Shown here in pieces: positions 18,169 through 27,388 of a stretch of DNA of 64,000 bases (position 1 is its first letter; each line of letters begins with the position of its first letter). The translations under genes and the position numbers were made by a program. The notes beneath the pieces were generated by a model. That model worked only from the letters and a program-made list of their open reading frames with translations. It was not told the origin of the DNA and made no database searches. The DNA comes from Candidatus Pacearchaeota archaeon (lineage in GTDB: Archaea > Nanobdellota > Nanobdellia > Pacearchaeales > GW2011-AR1), in contig JAGVXH010000002.1 in the NCBI GenBank assembly GCA_018303845.1, positions 27,532 through 91,531 on the forward strand, in the 5' to 3' direction.

Positions 18169-19688
18169 AACTAAATATAACTATAGGCGGATACGCAGGA
18201 CAAGGAATAAACAAAGTTTCGCAAATTTTCTCAAATGTTCTAAGCGCCCACGGCTACTTCACCTTCAACTACCGAGACTACGCTTCCCTAATAAGAGGCG
18301 GACACAACTTCAACACGTTAGCAATATCAGACACACCAATAGAATCTCACGACGCCAAAATAGATGTCTTAATAACACTAGATGAACGAACACTAAAAAC
18401 TCATAAACAAGCCCTCAAAAAAAACGGCATACTAATCTCAGGCGAACAATTCGAAAGCCTAGGCAGAAACCAAAATGTAGCACTAGCAGGATGCCTAACA
18501 AAAATATTTGGTATACCATTTGAAACTCTTGAAAACGAAATCAAATCCCAATTCAAAAATTCAGAAGAAGCAATCATCGCAGCAAAGCAAGGATACGACT
18601 CACAAGAAACATCTCAAGAACTACCAAAGCTAAAAAATTCGCCTACAATTCTAGCAGGATCCCAAGCAATCGCAATCGGTGCAATCAATTCTGGATTACA
18701 AGTCTACATCGCATATCCGATGACACCAGCAACAAACGCAATGCACGAACTAGCAGAAAACCAACTCGAAAATAATATGATAGTATTCCAAGCAGAAAAC
18801 GAAATAGCAGCAATATCAATGGCGCTAGGTGCTTCATTCGCAGGCTCCAAAGTAATGACCGGAACCTCAGGCGGAGGATTTGACTTAATGTCTGAAACTC
18901 TTTCTATGCAAGGAATGTCAGAAATCCCCCTAACAGTATACCTAGCTTCCCGTGCAGGACCAGCAACAGGCGTCCCGACCTACACCGCACAATCCGACCT
19001 AGACATCGCACTTCGAGCAGGACACGGAGATTTCCCAAGAGTAGTTGTAGCGCCAGGAAACCCAACCGAACTAATTCAGAAAACCTCCGAAGCATTATTC
19101 TTGAGCGAAAAATTCAAAACACTTTCAATAATTTTATCAGACAAACATCTAGCAGAATCCGAATTTTCTTCCACAGAAAAACCATACAAATTCCCAACAT
19201 TCAATGTAACACGACCTATACCAGGTTCATCCCTAGTAAAAAATTCCTCTTATGAATCAGACAAATTCGGCAATTCAACAGAATCGTACACAATAACCGA
19301 AGAAAACGCGAACAAAAGAATCCAAAAATACGAAGACATAAAACAATATGTAAGAAAAAATTTCGAAATGATAAAAATTCATGGAAACAAAAAATCCAAA
19401 AACCTAATCATCGGATGGGGCTCAACTTCGGGAGCAATCAAAGATGCAATCAAAGACCTCGATGCCAAATTCCTCCAAGTCATTTATTGCAAACCACTTT
19501 CCCCTCAAATAAAAAAAGAAATAGAAAAGGCGGACAAAGTAATCCTAGTAGAATGCAACGTAACTGGACAACTAGGAAGATTAATCAGAGAAAAAACTGG
19601 AATCAAAATCAAAAACCGATTACTAAAATATAACGGCAGACCATTCCACACCGACGAACTAAACAAATTAATCAAAAGCATAATATGA
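18165..19688 (+). CDS. korA: 2-oxoacid:ferredoxin oxidoreductase, fused gamma-alpha subunit
   Basis: The N-terminus has the gamma-subunit GGYAGQG motif, followed by an alpha-subunit domain. The start overlaps the acs stop (ATGA). Substrate specificity (pyruvate or 2-oxoglutarate) is not determinable from sequence. Confidence 0.85.
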   Translation: MKLNITIGGYAGQGINKVSQIFSNVLSAHGYFTFNYRDYASLIRGGHNFNTLAISDTPIESHDAKIDVLITLDERTLKTHKQALKKNGILISGEQFESLGRNQNVALAGCLTKIFGIPFETLENEIKSQFKNSEEAIIAAKQGYDSQETSQELPKLKNSPTILAGSQAIAIGAINSGLQVYIAYPMTPATNAMHELAENQLENNMIVFQAENEIAAISMALGASFAGSKVMTGTSGGGFDLMSETLSMQGMSEIPLTVYLASRAGPATGVPTYTAQSDLDIALRAGHGDFPRVVVAPGNPTELIQKTSEALFLSEKFKTLSIILSDKHLAESEFSSTEKPYKFPTFNVTRPIPGSSLVKNSSYESDKFGNSTESYTITEENANKRIQKYEDIKQYVRKNFEMIKIHGNKKSKNLIIGWGSTSGAIKDAIKDLDAKFLQVIYCKPLSPQIKKEIEKADKVILVECNVTGQLGRLIREKTGIKIKNRLLKYNGRPFHTDELNKLIKSII

Positions 19689-20548
19689 AAATCCAATTAG
19701 ATACAACTTCAGAAAAGACCTGGTGCCCAGGCTGCCCAAACCACATGATACTAGCATCGGTAAAACAAACCATAACAGAACTAATCGAATCCAAAACTTA
19801 CAAACAAACCGATTTCGCAATAACAACCGACATTGGATGCCACGCAAAAATCTTCGACTACATAAACCTCTCAGGAATCTATTGCCTTCACGGAAGAGCT
19901 CTCCCTACAGCAATCGGAATAAAACTAGGAAACCCTTCATTAAAAGTCTTAAGCTTCGTAGGAGATGGAGGAATGTATTCAGAAGGAATGGCACACTTCA
20001 TCCACGCTTTCAAGCACAACGCCAACATGACACTAATCCTTCACGACAATCAATCTTTCTCCCTAACAACAGGACAACCAAGTCCAACCACTCAACAAGG
20101 TTACATCTCAAAAGCCTCTCCATTAGGAACAGCAGACCGACCATTCAACCCAATTAAACTAGCCCTAGCGGCAAATGCAACTTTCGTAGCAAGAACATCT
20201 GCAAAAGACATGAAACACATGTCAGAAATATTTACAAAAGCAATCGAACACAATGGTTTCTCATTTGTAGAAATAATCCAAGACTGCCTTATCTTCAACG
20301 CAGAAGCAAACAACAAAGACAGCTTAATGTATAAAATCAAAGACAATAAAAGCCTAGAACAAGCAGAAAAATTAGCAAGAGAATTCGACTATAATTCAAA
20401 ATCAGGAAAAATTCCAATTGGGGTAATTTACCAATCAGCCGAAAGATCCCTAGAAGATAAATGGCCACAACTAAAAAAACAACTTAATCTCAAATCTAAC
20501 ATAACAAAAAAACCAAGCATCTTAGACAAACTAATTCCAACTAAATAA
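19685..20548 (+). CDS. korB: 2-oxoacid:ferredoxin oxidoreductase beta (TPP-binding) subunit
   Basis: It has the CPGCPNH motif and GDGG TPP-binding motif. Its start overlaps the korA stop. Confidence 0.85.
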   Translation: MKIQLDTTSEKTWCPGCPNHMILASVKQTITELIESKTYKQTDFAITTDIGCHAKIFDYINLSGIYCLHGRALPTAIGIKLGNPSLKVLSFVGDGGMYSEGMAHFIHAFKHNANMTLILHDNQSFSLTTGQPSPTTQQGYISKASPLGTADRPFNPIKLALAANATFVARTSAKDMKHMSEIFTKAIEHNGFSFVEIIQDCLIFNAEANNKDSLMYKIKDNKSLEQAEKLAREFDYNSKSGKIPIGVIYQSAERSLEDKWPQLKKQLNLKSNITKKPSILDKLIPTK

Positions 20549-20559
20549 AAGGAGTAAAA

Positions 20560-20769
20560 ATGGCAAAGAAAAAGATAGCAAAAAAAACAGAAATAAAACC
20601 CTCACCGGTATGTTCTACAGACGAAACCTGCTACTGCAAAGGAATCATCGCACTGATTATAATTGCACTTACATGGTGGAAACCTGTAGAAATGTGGGCA
20701 AACATAACAATAACTGTACTAGCTGCAATAATCCTATTATCAGGAAACAGCTGCTGCTGCAAGAAATAA
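20560..20769 (+). CDS. Small Cys-rich membrane protein
   Basis: A GGAG-like RBS precedes it. There are two TM helices and a C-terminal CCCKK. Confidence 0.35.
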   Translation: MAKKKIAKKTEIKPSPVCSTDETCYCKGIIALIIIALTWWKPVEMWANITITVLAAIILLSGNSCCCKK

Positions 20770-20839
20770 ACCCCAAATTTTTATTTTTATTTTTTAATAT
20801 TCAAAATTTTAGTAATAAAATTTATTATCATTCTTCCCC

Positions 20840-21646
20840 TCAAAAAAACAACCTTTCAAAATTCTCCCAAATCTTATCAGCAACCTCTTCCAAAGAAATC
20901 CCCTTAATCCTCGCAATCTCCCCTAGCGTAACCGAAACATTAACCGGCTCATTCCAAGTCCCAACAACAGGAGAAAGATAAGCCCCATCAGTCTCCGTCA
21001 AAAGTTGCCCAAGCGGAACTATCTCAACCAACATCTTAAAATGCTCAAGCCTCACAATCACAGCCGGCACACTAAAACTCCAACCATTTTCTAGCACTCT
21101 CCGAATCAAAGCCTTCTTACCATTAAAACAATGCATCACAACCTTATCCATTTTCTCATCTTCCAAAATCTCAATAGCGTCAAGTTCAGCCTTCCGAGAA
21201 TGAATCACCACAACCTTATCCAACTTCTTCGCGAGCCTCAAGCATTTCCGAAAAACCTCCTTCTGTTTCTCCCTCATCTCCTCAGTCTGAAACTCCTTAA
21301 AATTATAATCCAGCCCAATCTCACCGATAGCAACACAGCTCGACTCATGCGCCTCAATCCAAGAGAGCTCCTTATCAACATCAAACTCTTCCAATTTACG
21401 AAGCAATTCATTAGACTCACCCAATTCAACTTCCTTCGCCAAAGCGTCAGTCGGATAAATCCCAAATGCAGCCTTAACACAATCATATTTATTAGCCAAC
21501 TCCAAACTCCGACGATTCGTCTCCTTATTCACACCCGAAGTAACAATAACCTCGCCACCTTTCTCTCGAAACCTTTCCAAAACAGAATCCAAATCCGCGT
21601 CAAATCGCGAATCATTCAAATGACAATGTACATCAACTAACTTCAT
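20840..21646 (-). CDS. tatD: TatD-family metal-dependent hydrolase/DNase
   Basis: It has the HCHL, GEIGLD and TETDGAY motifs. Confidence 0.85.
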   Translation of the reverse strand: MKLVDVHCHLNDSRFDADLDSVLERFREKGGEVIVTSGVNKETNRRSLELANKYDCVKAAFGIYPTDALAKEVELGESNELLRKLEEFDVDKELSWIEAHESSCVAIGEIGLDYNFKEFQTEEMREKQKEVFRKCLRLAKKLDKVVVIHSRKAELDAIEILEDEKMDKVVMHCFNGKKALIRRVLENGWSFSVPAVIVRLEHFKMLVEIVPLGQLLTETDGAYLSPVVGTWNEPVNVSVTLGEIARIKGISLEEVADKIWENFERLFF

Positions 21647-21679
21647 AAAATCTATAAACCAAACCCTCTTAAAAAACTA

Positions 21680-21913
21680 ATGATAGAATACTTTCTCTTA
21701 ATACTAGCAATCCCACTCGGAATCCTCCTAGCAAAAACCACCAAAGACGAAAAACAAATCTTCACAAAACCAGTCTACTTCCCTCTAATCCAAAAAATCA
21801 TCCTAATCCTAATGGCAATCACAATATCTCAAAACCAACAAATTTTCCTAACCTCAACATTCATGCTAATAACAATCTACACCTGGCAAAAGCTTAAACC
21901 CAAAACTTCTTAA
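21680..21913 (+). CDS. Hypothetical small membrane protein
   Basis: Two predicted TM helices. No family recognised. Confidence 0.3.
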   Translation: MIEYFLLILAIPLGILLAKTTKDEKQIFTKPVYFPLIQKIILILMAITISQNQQIFLTSTFMLITIYTWQKLKPKTS

Positions 21914-21935
21914 CCAAAAAACTTCTCCTTATCCC

Positions 21936-23324
21936 ATGAGTACCGAACAACCAAACCACCGAACAACCAAACCACCCACCAAAAAAAACGGATTTTTTTT
22001 GGTCGGAACCGGCATGACAAAAAATTCCCTAACAGCTGAAAGTCTCGAGGCCCTAAAAAAATCCGACAAAATCTACCTAGAAAACTACACTGTAAACTTC
22101 CCCTACAAAATAGAAGACCTAGAAAAAGAAATAAACAAACATCTAAATTCTAATTCCTACAATCTAATCTCTCTTCCAAGAGGAAGTGTCGAAGACGAAT
22201 CAATCCTCCAAGAAGCAAAAACTCAAAAAGTGGCTCTCCTAGTTTACGGAGATTCATTATCAGCAACAACCCACATGCAACTAATCCTAGAATGCAAAAA
22301 ACAAAGTATACCTTACCAAATCTTCCACAATGCAAGTATACTAACAACAGTCGCCGAGACTGGACTCTCCCTCTACAAATTCGGGAAAACAACCTCAATG
22401 CCAAACTGGGCAGAACACACCAACAAACCAACCTCCTTCATAACCTACATAAAACAAAACCTCTCAATCGACGCCCACACCCTAATCCTAACCGACATTG
22501 GACTAGAAATTGAAAACGCAATCAATCAACTAAAAGAAGCATCAGAAAAAGAATCCCTAAAACTCCCAGAAAAAATAATTACAATTTCAAATGCGGGAAC
22601 TGAAAACCAAAAAATTTTCTACGACACTCCAGAAAACCTTAGCAACAAAAATATAGAAATGCCATTTTGCATAATCATACCAACAAAACTTCATTTTCTA
22701 GAAGAGGAAACATTGGAAAAAATTAAAATGATAATTCCGCATTATACATCATATAAAAAGGGTATCATGACGAAATTCGATCTTGTTTTTGAGGAAATTA
22801 GTAAGATTACCAAAAATGCAGCGGATAAAACTGAATATGGTCATTCACAATCCGTTTGGCAGTGGGTCTTAAAACTCAAACCAGACGCAGACATTGCATT
22901 GCAAATCGCCGCCTTGGGTCACGACATTGATAGAAGTTTTGAAGACTATCGGAAGATGAAGGCAAGATATGCGACTTATGATGAATACAAAAAAGCACAT
23001 GCTTTACTTTCTGCCAAGATAACATGCGATATTCTAATAAAACACAATTTTGACAAAGCAACGATAGATAAAGTTAAACATTTGATTGAAAATCATGAAA
23101 TTGGTGGTGAAGGCGATGTCGAGACTTTAACGGAAGCAGATAGCATGACATTCTTCAACAACTTACGGCATTATCGAGACACACATACTGAAAAAGAGAC
23201 AATCGACAAAATCAAATTTATGTATAAACGACTGTCTGCTAAAGCCAAAAAGTTAGTTAATCAAATCAAATTTAAAGACCAAGAATTATCTAATCTTGTG
23301 GAAGAATCAATTTCTGAATTATAG
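21936..23324 (+). CDS. dph5: Diphthine synthase (Dph5/DphB) fused to a C-terminal HD-domain phosphohydrolase-like module
   Basis: Residues about 20-265 match DphB (LVGTG, YGDSLSATTH, ETGLSLYKFG). Residues about 290-462 carry H...HD (YGHSQSV ... AALGHDIDR) in the same uninterrupted frame. Confidence 0.7.
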   Translation: MSTEQPNHRTTKPPTKKNGFFLVGTGMTKNSLTAESLEALKKSDKIYLENYTVNFPYKIEDLEKEINKHLNSNSYNLISLPRGSVEDESILQEAKTQKVALLVYGDSLSATTHMQLILECKKQSIPYQIFHNASILTTVAETGLSLYKFGKTTSMPNWAEHTNKPTSFITYIKQNLSIDAHTLILTDIGLEIENAINQLKEASEKESLKLPEKIITISNAGTENQKIFYDTPENLSNKNIEMPFCIIIPTKLHFLEEETLEKIKMIIPHYTSYKKGIMTKFDLVFEEISKITKNAADKTEYGHSQSVWQWVLKLKPDADIALQIAALGHDIDRSFEDYRKMKARYATYDEYKKAHALLSAKITCDILIKHNFDKATIDKVKHLIENHEIGGEGDVETLTEADSMTFFNNLRHYRDTHTEKETIDKIKFMYKRLSAKAKKLVNQIKFKDQELSNLVEESISEL

Positions 23325-23534
23325 TTGTTTCAGGGCTATTTGGGCGACTTGAGATTTTTACCTTCGGCATCGTTGCTAAAATCTCGTCTTAACGAAAAGC
23401 ATAACAGCGATTAAGAGGTTACGCTCGGTTTCACCTCACTTCACCCAAATTTTTTCCTGCGAGGAAAACTTCCCTTAAGCCCGATGTTAAAAATCCACAA
23501 CAAATCTTAAATAACCTTTCAAACAAGAATTACT

Positions 23535-26417
23535 ATGCAAGAAAAATCCCAAATCCAAGAAACCGAAGAACAAATCTCAAAATTCTGGAAAGCAAACAAA
23601 ACATTCGAAGCCTCACTAAAAAAAACAGAAAAAGGCAAACCCTACATCTTCTACGACGGCCCACCCTTTGCAACAGGCCTTCCTCACTACGGCCACCTTC
23701 TGGCTTCAACCCTAAAAGACGTATACCCAAGATTTCACACAATGCTCGGACGTTACGTAAAAAGAACATGGGGCTGGGACTGCCACGGACTTCCCATTGA
23801 ATCAATCGCAGAAAAAAACCTCGGCATAAAATCTAAAGACGAAATAGAAAAAATGGGCGTCAAAAAATTCAACGACCATTGTAGACAACAAGTTTTAACC
23901 TACGACTCCGACTGGCGAACCTACATAGAAAAAATCGGAAGATGGGTAGACTGGCAAGGAGGCTACAAGACAATGGATAACTCCTACATAGAATCCGTCT
24001 GGTGGGCATTCAAACAATTATACGAAAAAGGCTACCTTTACGAAGGCGAAAAAATCCTACTCTACTGCCCAAGATGCGCAACCCCTCTAGCAAAATCAGA
24101 AATCGCAATGGACAATTCCTACAAAACAGTAAAAGAACTAACACTAACAGCAAAATTCAAACTCCAAACCCCCGAACCACCAAACCCCCGAACCACCAAT
24201 GGAAAAGGTGAAACCTTTTTCATAGCATGGACAACAACCCCATGGACTCTTCCAAGCAACCTGGCCTTAACAGTAAACCCAAACCTAATCTACACCTTCG
24301 TCAAAGATAAAAAAGACAACAACACCTACGTCCTAGCAAAAGAACTAATTCCCTCATTCTACAAAGACACAAATGAATACGAAATAACAAAAGAAATGAA
24401 AGGTAGCAAATTAGAAGGATTACAATACGAACCACTATTTCCCTATTTCAAAAATAACCCAAACTCATTCAAAATCCTAACCGCCGACTTCGTAACCGCA
24501 GAGGCAGGAACAGGAATCGTCCACACAGCCCCAGCATTCGGAGAAGATGACAACGCCATCTGCAGAAAATACAACATCCCAATGGTCCAACCAGTTACAG
24601 AAACAGGACACTTTACAAAAGAAGTAACAGACTACAAGGATCAACTAGTCTACGACGCAAGCCAACAAATAGTAATCGACTTAAAAACACAAGGGAAGGC
24701 AATCCAATCAAAAAAAATGGAACACGAATATCCATTCTGCTACAGATGCGACACGAAACTAATGTATCGAGCACTCCCAGCATGGTTTGTCGACATCCAA
24801 AAAATGAAAAACAGATTCCTAGAACTAAATCTCCAAATCAACTGGTTCCCATCTCACCTAAAAGAAGGACAAATGCAACACAACATCTCAACTGCGCCAG
24901 ACTGGAACATCACAAGAAACAGATACTGGGCAACCGCCATCCCAATTTGGAAATCCCCGTCAGGAAAAATAAAAGTCCTAGGCTCAATTGAAGAATTAAA
25001 ACAATATGCAATAAACCTACCAGAAGGGCAAATAGATTTACACAAAGATTCTCTAGACCCAATCAAATTAAAAATAGACGGAGAAGAATACACAAGAATC
25101 CCAGAAGTCCTAGACTGCTGGTTCGAATCAGGTGCAATGACCTTCGCGCAATTCCACTATCCATTCGAAAACAAAAAATTCTTCGACAAAAACTTCCCAG
25201 CACAATTCGTCACAGAATACATTGGGCAAACTAGGGCTTGGTTCTATTACATGATGGCACTTTCAACTATCCTCTTCGATAAAATCCCTTTCGAAAACGT
25301 CCTAACAACCGGAATCATCCTAGCCGAAGACGGAAAGAAAATGTCAAAATCCCTAAAAAACTATCCAGACCCACTAACAATGATAAACAAATACGGGGCC
25401 GACACATTCAGATTCTATATGTTAGGTTCTCCCCTAATGACAGCCGAAAATTTCAACTTCTCAGAATCCGGGCTAGAAGAAGTCTACAAAAAAATAACAG
25501 TCCTCTTATACAACGTAACAAGATTTTACAAAGATTACGCAACAGAAGACGACAAAAACTTCGAAACCTCAACAAACATATTAGACAACTGGATAATCTC
25601 AAGAACCGAAGAACTAAACAAAGTCGTCCAAGAAAACCTAGAGATATACAACTCCATCAAAGCCTGCGCCTTCGCAAAAAAATACATCGAAGACCTTTCA
25701 ACTTGGTATATCAGAAACTCTAGGAACCGATTCAACGAAGACGACTCCCAAGCAAGAAAAACAACATACTACGTCCTAAACAAACTCTCCAAAATCTTAT
25801 CACCACTAATCCCCTTCGTAACAGAATCAATCTTCCAAGACATAAATAACTCCCAAGATTCCGTCCACCTCCAAGACTATCCCAAAGCAAACGAATCCCT
25901 AATAAATAAAGAGCTAGAAGAAGAAATGGAAACCACAAGGAAAATAGTCTCAACACTATTACAACAAAGAGACAAAGCCGCAATAGGAATAAAATGGCCA
26001 CTAGCAAAAGCAACAGTTTCAACCCCAATACGACCAAAAGAAGAACTATCCAATATCATAAAAGAAGAACTTAACATAAAAGAAATAGAATACATCCCAC
26101 TAGCAGCTAACAGCCAAGAGCTAACAGCCAAATTAGACACAACCCAGACTCCAGAACTAGAATCCGAAGGCTACGCCAGAGAACTATCCAGAATAATCCA
26201 AGCGTCACGAAAAGAAAACAATCTAATAAAATCCGACACAATAGAACTAGAAATAATCTCCAATTTCAACGACATTATAAATTCCCAACTAGAATTCATA
26301 AAAACAAGAGTCGGAGCGACGACAATATCTTTAAAAAAAACCAGTAAAAATTTTGATTACTCAAAAGTCAGTAAAATAAAAAACAAAGAATTTGAAATAA
26401 AATTCAATAAGTTATAA
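23535..26417 (+). CDS. ileS: Isoleucyl-tRNA synthetase
   Basis: It has the HYGH and KMSKS class I motifs and is 960 aa with IleS-type editing and anticodon-binding regions. Confidence 0.9.
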   Translation: MQEKSQIQETEEQISKFWKANKTFEASLKKTEKGKPYIFYDGPPFATGLPHYGHLLASTLKDVYPRFHTMLGRYVKRTWGWDCHGLPIESIAEKNLGIKSKDEIEKMGVKKFNDHCRQQVLTYDSDWRTYIEKIGRWVDWQGGYKTMDNSYIESVWWAFKQLYEKGYLYEGEKILLYCPRCATPLAKSEIAMDNSYKTVKELTLTAKFKLQTPEPPNPRTTNGKGETFFIAWTTTPWTLPSNLALTVNPNLIYTFVKDKKDNNTYVLAKELIPSFYKDTNEYEITKEMKGSKLEGLQYEPLFPYFKNNPNSFKILTADFVTAEAGTGIVHTAPAFGEDDNAICRKYNIPMVQPVTETGHFTKEVTDYKDQLVYDASQQIVIDLKTQGKAIQSKKMEHEYPFCYRCDTKLMYRALPAWFVDIQKMKNRFLELNLQINWFPSHLKEGQMQHNISTAPDWNITRNRYWATAIPIWKSPSGKIKVLGSIEELKQYAINLPEGQIDLHKDSLDPIKLKIDGEEYTRIPEVLDCWFESGAMTFAQFHYPFENKKFFDKNFPAQFVTEYIGQTRAWFYYMMALSTILFDKIPFENVLTTGIILAEDGKKMSKSLKNYPDPLTMINKYGADTFRFYMLGSPLMTAENFNFSESGLEEVYKKITVLLYNVTRFYKDYATEDDKNFETSTNILDNWIISRTEELNKVVQENLEIYNSIKACAFAKKYIEDLSTWYIRNSRNRFNEDDSQARKTTYYVLNKLSKILSPLIPFVTESIFQDINNSQDSVHLQDYPKANESLINKELEEEMETTRKIVSTLLQQRDKAAIGIKWPLAKATVSTPIRPKEELSNIIKEELNIKEIEYIPLAANSQELTAKLDTTQTPELESEGYARELSRIIQASRKENNLIKSDTIELEIISNFNDIINSQLEFIKTRVGATTISLKKTSKNFDYSKVSKIKNKEFEIKFNKL

Positions 26418-26500
26418 ATACGACGACAAAATCCTTTTCACCCCTTAAAATCCAGACAACATGAAGAAACATTTAAATACTATTTAGAGTTAGAACAGTC

Positions 26501-27310
26501 ATGATAGTCAAAGAGGAGTTTCTTAGCAGACTCAGAAAAATATTCGACCTGAACCTTTACGAGGTCAAAGTATGGGCAGCCCTATTATCCAGAGGAACTT
26601 CTACCGCAGGAGAGCTATCCAGCATCTCAGACGTTCCAAGGTCTAGAACTTACGACATCCTAGAATCCCTAGAAAAGAAAGGCTTCATAGTAATGAAACT
26701 AGGAAAACCAATCCAGTTCGTAGCATTAAAGCCAGAAGAAGTAATTGAACGAGTAAAAAGAAATCTGATAGTTAACGCAAAAGAAAAATCAAAAAGATTA
26801 GAAAAGCTAAAAGGCGACGAAGTACTAGAAGAACTAACAAGCATCTTCTCTGAAGGAATCAAATACGTAGAACCAAGCGACCTCTCAGGCGCACTAAAGT
26901 CTAGACAAAACATATACAACCATTTAGACATGCTAGTTAGAGAAGCAGAAAGTACAATAACACTAGTAACAACTGCAGATGGACTAACCAGAAAACTAGA
27001 AGTCCTACTACCTTCTCTAGAAAAAGCAAAGAAAAGAGGAGTTAAAATAAGAATAGCCGCACCAATAACAGCAGAAAACAAAAAGGTAGCAAAAGATTTC
27101 TTAAAAATTGGAGAAGTAAGAGACATCCAAGATCTTAATGCAAGATTCATGTTAGTAGACAGTGAACAAATAATGTTTATGCTCCTAAATGATGACAATG
27201 TTCACCCATCTTACGATGTAGGAATTTGGATAAACACAGAATTCTTCGCACAAGCGCTAGAAAGCCTTTTCGAAATTGCTTGGAAAAATTTCAAAGCAAT
27301 AAAAGCTTAG
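26501..27310 (+). CDS. TrmB-family transcriptional regulator
   Basis: The N-terminal wHTH LNLYEVKVWAALLSRGTSTAGELSSISDVPRSRTYDILESLEKKGF is typical of TrmB. Confidence 0.65.
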   Translation: MIVKEEFLSRLRKIFDLNLYEVKVWAALLSRGTSTAGELSSISDVPRSRTYDILESLEKKGFIVMKLGKPIQFVALKPEEVIERVKRNLIVNAKEKSKRLEKLKGDEVLEELTSIFSEGIKYVEPSDLSGALKSRQNIYNHLDMLVREAESTITLVTTADGLTRKLEVLLPSLEKAKKRGVKIRIAAPITAENKKVAKDFLKIGEVRDIQDLNARFMLVDSEQIMFMLLNDDNVHPSYDVGIWINTEFFAQALESLFEIAWKNFKAIKA

Positions 27311-27388
27311 TCGTAAATCTATAATATCAAAATGTTAAAAACCATTATGATGTAAATCAAAATCCCTAACTTTCTCCAGCCTCAAATC

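Noticed and set aside
21131-21640. 169-aa plus-strand ORF
   Set aside because: It is antisense within tatD. It is low-complexity with no independent signals.
23533-23805. 90-aa minus-strand ORF
   Set aside because: It is antisense to the 5' end of ileS. It is an Arg/Leu-rich artefact.
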